A DNA stretch of 64,000 bases from the NCBI GenBank assembly GCA_963726245.1, contig CAVSBT010000044.1, positions 1-64,000 of the forward strand, read 5' to 3'. The notes beneath the pieces were generated by a model. It worked only from the letters and a program-made list of their open reading frames with translations, had not been told where the DNA came from and made no database searches. Positions 56,144 through 64,000 of this stretch are shown here, one piece after another (positions within the stretch are counted from its first letter, which is position 1; each line of letters opens with the position of its first letter). The translations under genes and the position numbers were made by a program. Source of the stretch: an uncultured Chloroflexia bacterium. GTDB lineage: Bacteria; Chloroflexota; Dehalococcoidia; DSTF01; JALHUB01.

Positions 56144-56910
56144 CTCTGGCTGGTGGGCCTCACCGCTACAGAATGCAGCCGGTAGGCGAAAAGCGAGGGA
56201 ATCATCCTTTGGGCCAGTCGGTAGAGGCGTGAACTATTCCCGCGCCACCGTTTCTTGCCTATCCACGGGATGTCTCGAAGAAGGCTCCCGCCGTGCCCGC
56301 CAATCTCAACCGGATGGAACCCGACGGAAGTCAGCATCCTTCTCAAAGAGTAAGGATTGAAGAAGCGAAGATGCGGATCCCGCCACGGTTGCTCCACGGC
56401 GAGATTGTCCCCTAGCGGATTCCATCGGCCCAGCAATGCAAGATCGATGCGCCTGCGCCAGTATGCCACGTTGGGAACGGTGACGATCAGCACACCCCCC
56501 GGTCGGAGGACACGGAAGATTTCGGCCGCCGCCAGGTGAGGTTCGAATAGATGCTCCATCACCTCAATGCAGACCGCAGCATCGAATGTCGCCTCCAAGA
56601 ACGGCAGCGGGGCCCCGTCATCTATCTTTCTTGCGTCGAGCCCCAACGCCTGCGCGGCCCGAACAGCGTTCTCCGAAACGTCGAGGCCAACGTATTCGCA
56701 TCCGTGGTCACGCAGATAGAGGCCTGCCGTGCGGCCGTCACCGCATCCCACCTCCAGACATCTCCACCCTGTGCGAATGTGCGCTTGGAAGAGCTGCGCC
56801 AGAGTCGGCGTGATAGCGCCGGAGGGGCAGAATCCATCGTCGGACCAGTACGTCTCGTAGTAATCGCTCACCCCCGCTGTGGAATGCTTTCCCACCTTCA
56901 TCGCCGGCAC
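56140..56910 (-). CDS. class I SAM methyltransferase
   Basis: LEVGCGDG, EVMEH, LRPGG..TVPN. Confidence 0.9.
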   Translation of the reverse strand: MPAMKVGKHSTAGVSDYYETYWSDDGFCPSGAITPTLAQLFQAHIRTGWRCLEVGCGDGRTAGLYLRDHGCEYVGLDVSENAVRAAQALGLDARKIDDGAPLPFLEATFDAAVCIEVMEHLFEPHLAAAEIFRVLRPGGVLIVTVPNVAYWRRRIDLALLGRWNPLGDNLAVEQPWRDPHLRFFNPYSLRRMLTSVGFHPVEIGGHGGSLLRDIPWIGKKRWRGNSSRLYRLAQRMIPSLFAYRLHSVAVRPTSQR

Positions 56911-58170
56911 CTACGCAAGGGTGCGCTCCCCAATCAAATCCAGGACACGGTCAGCATAATCGACCCAGGAGTGTCCGCCTTCCACTCGCCGTCGAGCCGC
57001 TGCGCCCATTGCGGCGCGCAGGTGGTTGTCTTGGAACAAGCGCTCGATCGCCTGCACAAGCGCCGTTGCATCCCCAGCCGGGATCACCAGACCATCCTCT
57101 CCATGCGTGATTAACTCACTCGTCCCGGCGTGATCGCTCACGATAACCGGCAAGCCGGAGGCCATCGCTTCCAAGGTGACCAACCCATATGAGTCCTCAA
57201 GCGACGGTAGCGCGAACAGGTCAGCCTCGTGCATGATCTCGGCGACGCCGCCGTGCGCAGTCGGCCTCCAGTAATGCAGGTTGTCCGGCGGGTTTCGCAG
57301 AACTTCGGGACTCACCATGGGCCCGACAAGCACAAACTCGATCGGTCGATCATGAAGCCGCCGTGCGGCCTCGACCAGCACTCGCACGCCTTTGCGGTGT
57401 GAAATCTGCCCGACGTACAGACAGCGAATCACCCCACCTCGCCTTCCTTGTTTGTCCCTTCTGGCCGGCGGCGAAAACGCCGACAAGTCAACACCGTACG
57501 GCTCAACCGCTACCCGTTCCTTCGGCAGCCCCACCTCTTCCAGTTGCCGGGCGACGAAAAGAGAAGGGACCAGGACGAGACTGGCCGTCTCCAGTTCTCG
57601 CTCAACACGTCGTGCGATCTTGGGCGACACCAGTTCGTGATCGCCGTTCCGCAAACCACCCAGTTCCGTCAGAAAGCGGTTGTGGCAGAGCGGATGGCTG
57701 TTGACGAAATTGAGTACTCCCAGCCTGTTGGAGGCTCGCGCCTCTCGCAGGGTCAGCTCGGCCGAGGCGAACATCCCTATGACGGCATCCCACTCGCCTC
57801 CCATTAGCCGGTGGGCCACGGCCTGGTCGAAGCGTTCTTTCGCTTCGTACATCAGGCGTGCGGCAAGAGGCTCTCCTCGTGGCAGCCGACGTGCGACCAC
57901 ACACCCCAACTCTGGCAGGCGGGCCACCGTCTCCACGCGCCCCGGCGGAACCCCCGCGAACGAGTAGCGGCCAACCCCCCGCGCAAGCCGCCGACGGAGA
58001 CCGGCGAACGGGACATACCTCGTTGCCGCCAGCAACTTCGCGGCGTAGAGGGTCGCGTAGAAGCGTGCCAACTGGCCGCGGCTTGCCGCTCGCCGGGCGA
58101 TAGCCAGTACGGATCCCTCGCGGTAGGGCGTGGCCACCACTATCTGGGGGGAGCAGCCGTTCAAACCCAC
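56911..58170 (-). CDS. GT4 glycosyltransferase
   Basis: YVGQISHRKG, PSLEDSYGLVTLEAMASG. Confidence 0.9.
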   Translation of the reverse strand: MGLNGCSPQIVVATPYREGSVLAIARRAASRGQLARFYATLYAAKLLAATRYVPFAGLRRRLARGVGRYSFAGVPPGRVETVARLPELGCVVARRLPRGEPLAARLMYEAKERFDQAVAHRLMGGEWDAVIGMFASAELTLREARASNRLGVLNFVNSHPLCHNRFLTELGGLRNGDHELVSPKIARRVERELETASLVLVPSLFVARQLEEVGLPKERVAVEPYGVDLSAFSPPARRDKQGRRGGVIRCLYVGQISHRKGVRVLVEAARRLHDRPIEFVLVGPMVSPEVLRNPPDNLHYWRPTAHGGVAEIMHEADLFALPSLEDSYGLVTLEAMASGLPVIVSDHAGTSELITHGEDGLVIPAGDATALVQAIERLFQDNHLRAAMGAAARRRVEGGHSWVDYADRVLDLIGERTLA

Positions 58171-58301
58171 CCCCCGCCCGCTCGGGGCATAGAAAGGATC
58201 CTCTCCACGGTTCGCTCGAAGTCCTCTGCCCAGCGCTCCGCCGTATGCCGGGCGATCTTCCGCGCCGACGCCTCGCCCTCGGGGGCCCGTCGCTCCGGCA
58301 T

Positions 58302-59159
58302 CTATGCCAGTGCCGTAGTCACGGCGGGCAAGGTCACTTCAGATTGGCAAGGCCGAAGGCCGCGCGCTAAGTGACCCCCGGGAGCACGTGGGTTCCATTT
58401 GAGATTCGCCCTTACCGCTCCCCGTACGGTCTCGAGGTCTACGCCCCTGCCCAGAGCCGTGGCCAAGAGAGCCGAGATGTCTTTGGGCAGGCATTCCCCC
58501 GAAAACCCTCGTGCAGCAGGGTAGACAAGAGAATGGCTTGTTCCGATTCGGCTATCAAAGAGCAATAGGGAGCGCAGCTCCTCGAAGTCTACCGAGAGAG
58601 CCTGCGCCAAGTCGTAGAGCTCGTTGAAGAAGGCAACCTTAAGGCCCAGATACGCATTGTCGGCGTACTTCACCAGTTCAGCCGTTCTTGGTGATGTCTT
58701 GAGAATCGTTGTCTTCGGCCCGTAGGCCAGACGGCAGATCTCTTCTGCGCGGCCAACGGCAGGTTCGTAGCCACCCAGTATCAGGAAGGGTAGATTCGAC
58801 AAGTCCGCGTACAGGTGTCCCGGCGTCGTTCCCACGAACTCGGGAGAGAATACGATGTTGCCCCCTCGTTCCTCGTTCAGAATATCCGTGGTTCCGACAG
58901 CGACCGTGCTATGGCAGATCAACAGAACCGATGCTGGTACAACGCTGACAGCCTCTCTGACAATCGATATGTCACATGAACCGTCCGCTGCGGGCGGAGT
59001 GGGGACACAGACGAAAGCAGCGTCCCACGCCGACGGATCACAGTCGAGGCCTATCGCCAACGGCGGATCGTACAATTCGACATCGAACTTGGTTCTCAGC
59101 AGACTGTGTATCGCCTTTCCGACCATTCCAAAGCCAATGATACCCACACGCATCTTCAT
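58302..59159 (-). CDS. short UDP-glucose/GDP-mannose dehydrogenase family protein
   Basis: GFGMVG, CVPTP, FSPEF, ELVKYADN, GFSGECLPKD; no C-terminal UDP-binding domain. Confidence 0.85.
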   Translation of the reverse strand: MKMRVGIIGFGMVGKAIHSLLRTKFDVELYDPPLAIGLDCDPSAWDAAFVCVPTPPAADGSCDISIVREAVSVVPASVLLICHSTVAVGTTDILNEERGGNIVFSPEFVGTTPGHLYADLSNLPFLILGGYEPAVGRAEEICRLAYGPKTTILKTSPRTAELVKYADNAYLGLKVAFFNELYDLAQALSVDFEELRSLLLFDSRIGTSHSLVYPAARGFSGECLPKDISALLATALGRGVDLETVRGAVRANLKWNPRAPGGHLARGLRPCQSEVTLPAVTTALA

Positions 59160-59165
59160 CGTCGG

Positions 59166-60287
59166 TCACCTCCCCGCAGAGATGCATTGCACCATCGCCT
59201 CAAACTCTCCGGCCCACCACTCAATTGTCCGCGGCCGGATCCGCTCGTAGCCGCCCTCGCCCATTCGCCGGCGCTGATCGGGGTCGACCGCCAGCCGGCG
59301 CATCCGGTCCAGAAGGGCGTCGCTGTCGGCGGCCGGGACGATGAAGCCGGTCTCCCCGTCCAGCACTCGTTCGCGGATCTCACCGGCGTTCTCGGTGGCA
59401 ATCACCGGCAGGCCGGCGGCCATCGCCTCTTGCACCACGTGGCCGTAGGGGTCGCCCAGGGTCGGGAACACCAGCACGTCCGCAAGGCCGTACCATCGAG
59501 GCAGGCCTGGCTTCTGAACGAAGCCGGGGAAGACCACGTTTGGCAGGTCCTCGGCCCGCGCGCGGTAGCGGGCCTCGTCGGCGCCGTCGCCGACCAGCAC
59601 CAGAGATGCAGGCACGCCTTCGGCCCTCAGCCGAGCGTAGGCGTCCAGCAGATAGTCGATACCTTTGCCGCTCCAGAGGCGGCCGACGTACAGGTAGACG
59701 CAGCCCGTCAAGCCAAGCCGGCGGCGGGCCTCGCTGTCCTGCCGGGCCTGACGGGCGCCGAAGGCGAAGTGCTGGACGTCGACCGGTTCCGGAAACGCCC
59801 AGATCCGGCCGGGGCGGGCGCCGTAGTGGCTAACGTAGGCGGCGGCGTCGGCACCGGGCACATGGAAGGCGTCCACCCGGGGAAACAGCCAGCGCTTGGC
59901 GAGTTCTCGATGCCGGCTAACGGGGCGCCAGGTGTCGAACACCTTCATCGCATGGAGCATCACTTTCACGCGACGCTGCTTTGCCAGCAGGGCTCCCGCG
60001 ACGAAGGAGAGGTTCTCGTACAGAGTGATCAGCAGGTCCGGCTGCAACTGGCGCAACTGGGGGAGGGGGACCTGCAGGCCGGCCAGCCGCGAGCGTTGCA
60101 GGTAGCTGTAGGGGAACATCCAGCGCGATTCGTCCACGTGCCAGCTCCGGTCCGGTTCGAGCCGCTGGTTGAAGCAGACGTGCAGGTCGACGTTGGCCCG
60201 CCGGGCGATGACATTGAAGCGCTCCACCATGTAGGGCGCTGGAATGTTGTTCCAGTAAACGACGCGGGGATTCGATGTCGCCGTCAT
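59166..60287 (-). CDS. GT4 glycosyltransferase
   Basis: WNNIPAPY, YVGRLWSGKG, DPYGHVVQEAMAAG. Confidence 0.88.
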   Translation of the reverse strand: MTATSNPRVVYWNNIPAPYMVERFNVIARRANVDLHVCFNQRLEPDRSWHVDESRWMFPYSYLQRSRLAGLQVPLPQLRQLQPDLLITLYENLSFVAGALLAKQRRVKVMLHAMKVFDTWRPVSRHRELAKRWLFPRVDAFHVPGADAAAYVSHYGARPGRIWAFPEPVDVQHFAFGARQARQDSEARRRLGLTGCVYLYVGRLWSGKGIDYLLDAYARLRAEGVPASLVLVGDGADEARYRARAEDLPNVVFPGFVQKPGLPRWYGLADVLVFPTLGDPYGHVVQEAMAAGLPVIATENAGEIRERVLDGETGFIVPAADSDALLDRMRRLAVDPDQRRRMGEGGYERIRPRTIEWWAGEFEAMVQCISAGR

Positions 60288-60508
60288 TTGACCGCCACCA
60301 GCAGTGTGTTCCCGGACAGGAAGTTCTTGACAGCCGCCGCCGGCGCCCACCGGTCCAGCAGCAACGCGATCGATAATCCCCTTCTCCCAGCGTCGGGGCA
60401 CCAGGCCGGTGACCGACACATCGAGACAGAGCCGGGTGAGGGCCTCGTACTTCGCCTGAGCAGAGCGGGTCACACATGTGTGGCCGATCACGAGCACGCG
60501 CATCGCCG

Positions 60509-61858
60509 CTAAGCAACCCTCCTAGTAGCGCTCACCCCGCTGCTCGGGCCGCCTTCTTCGGCTTGGATCGGCGGCATGGCCCCAACCTCCTCCACAGCCT
60601 GCTTCGGATCCCGCCCCTGCAGTATTGCCTCGTAAGCGCGGCGGACGCGCTCCCCGTAGTGCCCCCACGTGTAGCGTGCCTCAATCAGCGCTCGTCCCCG
60701 TGCTCCCATCTCTCTGCCAAGCTCCGGGTGAGCGTGGAGAAACGCAATCTTCTCCTGCAGCGCCTCGATGTCCCGCAGCGGCACAATGAAGCCATCGATA
60801 CCATCACGCACGACTGAGCCGCTGTTCGTTGTCGTAAGCACCGGCAGGCCGGAGGCCATCGCTTCGTAGGCCACGAGCGCCGAGCCTTCTGCTAGCGATG
60901 GGAACACGAAGAGATCGCTCTGGCGGAACCAGTGATCCACCTCATGCTTGGGCACCTGCCCGACCCACTTGTAGAGACCGGCGTATTCGCGCAGGATCTG
61001 TCGCCCATCCTCATCCACCCCACCAACCAGGAGAAGTTCAGCGTTCGGCAAAGGCCGCCTGCGCCAGGCCTCCAGCAGGTAACGGACCCCTTTGCGCAGG
61101 CCGATCTGCCCTACGTACAGGACGCGGAACATACCGTCCTCGCGGTCGCACACGGGAGAGAACTGGTCCACGTTCACGCCATAGGGGATGAGCACGATCT
61201 TCTCCAGGGGGACACCGTGCTCCAGGAGACAACGCACCACGAACTCCGAGGGCGCGAAGAGATAATCGGCAAGCTCACGCTCTGCCCTCAACCGCGAGTT
61301 CGACGTGAAGCGACTAATGTCCCCACCTTCCTCCAGTACGACCTGCATGCCGTATTCATGGGCGATGGGTACGTCCAGCACAGTCGTTGCGCCGAGCTCC
61401 CTGGCTGCACGCAGAGTGCAAAGGGCTGCGCCCTCGAAGGCATGGACGATAGCCGGCGGCGCGCTGCGTCTCAGCCAGCGGCCGACCGCCGCATCGAACC
61501 GTTCATGAGCCCAGTATTCGGCGTTCCACCGTCTGAATACAGGCATGCCCTGCACCGCGCGGTAGGCAAACGCTATCAGGTGGTGCGTCGGGAAGGTCAT
61601 AACCAAACGAGGGTCAAGTTCCGGATTCCAGCGCCTCCGCAGGTTGCCTTCGATCCACCTTCGCAGGGGTGGCGGAGTCCCGCGCCAGAACCGTTCGCTG
61701 AATAGCCCTCTGTTCGTCCGGTAGACACCGACTACAAAGCAGCGGAGGAGACCGGCCTCCTGGAGAGCGATAGCAGTAGCATATGCATGCTGGTGCACGG
61801 GCTGACTGAGCACCACCCGTCCGGGGGCGAACTCAACGTTATTCCGGCCCTTGTTCAT
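60509..61858 (-). CDS. GT4 glycosyltransferase
   Basis: YVGQIGLRKG, PSLAEGSALVAYEAMASG. Confidence 0.88.
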   Translation of the reverse strand: MNKGRNNVEFAPGRVVLSQPVHQHAYATAIALQEAGLLRCFVVGVYRTNRGLFSERFWRGTPPPLRRWIEGNLRRRWNPELDPRLVMTFPTHHLIAFAYRAVQGMPVFRRWNAEYWAHERFDAAVGRWLRRSAPPAIVHAFEGAALCTLRAARELGATTVLDVPIAHEYGMQVVLEEGGDISRFTSNSRLRAERELADYLFAPSEFVVRCLLEHGVPLEKIVLIPYGVNVDQFSPVCDREDGMFRVLYVGQIGLRKGVRYLLEAWRRRPLPNAELLLVGGVDEDGRQILREYAGLYKWVGQVPKHEVDHWFRQSDLFVFPSLAEGSALVAYEAMASGLPVLTTTNSGSVVRDGIDGFIVPLRDIEALQEKIAFLHAHPELGREMGARGRALIEARYTWGHYGERVRRAYEAILQGRDPKQAVEEVGAMPPIQAEEGGPSSGVSATRRVA

Positions 61859-63376
61859 AAGAGACAAGACTGCACGTCCTGCAACGCCTCCTGGCCTTGC
61901 TCCTCGCTGCTGCTGCGGTCGAGGACTGCCACCTTCGCCAGCACCCCCACCAGCAGCCAGAAGTACACGTTGATCGGGTCGAAATCCGAGATATTGTGCC
62001 TTCATGTCGTAGACCAGGTTCCAGGCAAGAAATGCCAGGATCGCCGCCGATACGACGCGAAGCTGGGCGTCGCGCAGGCGAAAGTGGTTGTGCAGGCCAC
62101 GAACCATGATGGACCCCATAAGAAGTGCAACGAGCAAGAGGCCCACAATGCCCAGCTCCAGCACCACCTTAACGTACCAGCTTTCATACCAGGTGCCGCC
62201 CACAGCCTGGAACATCTTCGGGTCTGCAAAGGCGTAGCGGCTGGCGCCTGTGTCGATTCCCGTACCGAGGCCGCCCCAGCTGACGCCCAGGGCCTGGCGA
62301 AAGCCATCAACAAAACTGCTTAACTCCCCCCTCCCCGTCTCGAACGCGTGTCCGATTACCTCCCCCCCACGGGCGCCGATTACGGCGAAGGTCGCGAAAA
62401 GGACCACCCCCATAGCGAGCGCCCTACTCGGAGACATCCCCATCCTGCGACGCTCCAGGAGAAGGATGAGCACAACCATCAACGGGCCGAGCAGGAACGC
62501 CCCCCGCGCGCCGCTCAGGAACACCGCCGCCAGCATCACCAACCAGACAAGACAGCCCAGAAAACTGAACGATGTGCCTGCAAGGTAACCACGCCACCAG
62601 GCGTAGGTCACAGCTATCATGCTTGAGCCGAAGATGTAGTACTGTGTCACAGACGAGAATGTGCTGGGGATGCGTCGGATGAACCCTCCGCTCTGGAAGT
62701 TGAACTCGGCGAAGCCCTGAGTAGCAGACGCAGCCGCTCCCCCATAGTAATGGTATACGAGCGCGGATTGACCACCATGGATGAGCAGCGCCTCGGCGAT
62801 GCCGATGACGGCAGGGATCAGAGCCACGATGCTCATGAGACCGAGCAGTCGGGACAGATCCTGCTTGTCTCGCACCAGGTGATAGCCGAGGAAACAGAGG
62901 GGAATGTACATCAGCCAGACCTTCACGCCGAGCGCCCCCACGAGGCGGTTGGGAAGGGAAGGGTTGAAGGCCTGTACCACCACCAGAAGCGCCAGCATGG
63001 CGAACAGAACGATAGGCGCGCCTGCAAAAGAGAAGGGGAGCCGCCGCACACTGTAGTAGGCAGCGAAGCCCACGTACGCCGGAATGACGAACAGGATATC
63101 CTTCAACAGCACAGGCAGGGTGGTGTCCGGATACATGGCGAGTACCGGGATGCCTGAGACGGGGAGGTAGATCAGGAGCCCGTAGACCGACCAGCGCCAG
63201 TTCAGCATGCCGATCACGAGCGCCACAGCAAACACGAGAAGGCCGACCAGCGGGAACGCATAGCCGCCTCCGGCAGCAAGCCCGACCAGGCCAGAGACGG
63301 CGATGGCGACGACCAGCGCCCAGATCTCCCTCGGAACGGATACGACACCAATGCGAAGGGCGGCGCTACGAAGCAT
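61855..63376 (-). CDS. Wzy/O-antigen polymerase-like membrane protein (frameshift near 61985)
   Basis: About 12 TM segments, LSGARG, GLGTG, ELGIVG; true end ..DPINVYFWLL..CLL* is ATGA-coupled to the next GT. Confidence 0.75.
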
Positions 63377-63397
63377 CTCATCCTGCTCCGGTTGACA

Positions 63398-64000
63398 CTA
63401 CGATGAACGCTGACCGTCCCATGCTGTCCTTCCCGCGACTAGCTCTGCCTCGCGCAACCCTCGCCGCCGGGCCCCGGTCGGTAGCAGGCTTGTCAGGAGC
63501 ACCCACCACTGACGAAGGTCTGACAGGCGGGGAATAAACAGATCAGAAAGCCGAACGCCGGTTCTGAGAGTAAACTGTACAACAACCGCCAGCGCGACAG
63601 CATATGACAAGCTAACGCCCAGGGCAGCGCCTGGCAGGCCAAGCAGTGGCACCATAACCCCCAGGGCCGCCAGGCCCACCACCCAACCCACGATTTCTGC
63701 GATGGTAGCGCCGACTGGCTTCCCTGCACCGCGAAGACAATCGCCGAGCAATTGGCGTAGCGACGCCGCCACGATCCCCAAGACCAGAATCCGGACGGCC
63801 GGCACCGCCGGAGCGAAATCGCCGCCGTAGATGACGGGCACCAGCAGCCCGGCCACCCCAACAATCAAGCCGGCGGTGGCCAGGTTCATCAACAGTGAGA
63901 GCCGAAGGATCTGTCCCGTCAGGAGTCGTTGCTCTGTCACTGTTGGAGCGGCTGCCACTTCCGGCAGCGCGACCAACCCTAGGGCTGTCCCCTGGGCCCT
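63398..64000 (-). CDS. Wzx-like flippase, C-terminal part
   Basis: MOP-type TM pattern YG.DF.PAV..LG..GAA; runs off the window. Confidence 0.75.
   Translation of the reverse strand, partial: RAQGTALGLVALPEVAAAPTVTEQRLLTGQILRLSLLMNLATAGLIVGVAGLLVPVIYGGDFAPAVPAVRILVLGIVAASLRQLLGDCLRGAGKPVGATIAEIVGWVVGLAALGVMVPLLGLPGAALGVSLSYAVALAVVVQFTLRTGVRLSDLFIPRLSDLRQWWVLLTSLLPTGARRRGLREAELVAGRTAWDGQRSS

Noticed and set aside
60509-63376. Apparent Wzy-glycosyltransferase fusion (955 aa)
   Set aside because: Frameshift near 61985; the alternative frame ends in an ATGA overlap with the GT start at 61858.

Overview
GC-rich bacterial window, probably Chloroflexota/Dehalococcoidia (inferred from protein styles, not proven). 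Single-base frameshifts are frequent even in core genes (hemL, mcm), so most broken ORFs are probably sequencing or assembly errors. (1) 296-2310: ParA-ATPase / unknown / HEPN-like three-gene operon. (2) ~2450-22513: a 20-kb integrative element inserted in the last codons of dnaN, with both att junctions visible. Its large serine recombinase gene runs through the att site, so its C-terminus would differ between integrated and excised states, and the element supplies a synonymous replacement for the dnaN 3' end. Cargo: a tRNA remnant, GIY-YIG, a HEPN-DUF499/DUF1156 defence module, two surface proteins with cohesin-like and dockerin-like modules, an ABC exporter behind a structured leader, and an IS110 with readable bridge-RNA guides. 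(3) Backbone: dnaN, a hem operon interrupted by a HEPN protein, two near-identical fluoride riboswitches in front of unusual genes (J-domain, prenyltransferase-repeat, degenerate pyrophosphatase fusion), Feo transport, HicAB plus a third gene, and an acyl-CoA cluster (SucCD-like, methylmalonyl-CoA mutase, CoA-transferase). (4) 47.5-64 kb: surface polysaccharide locus.
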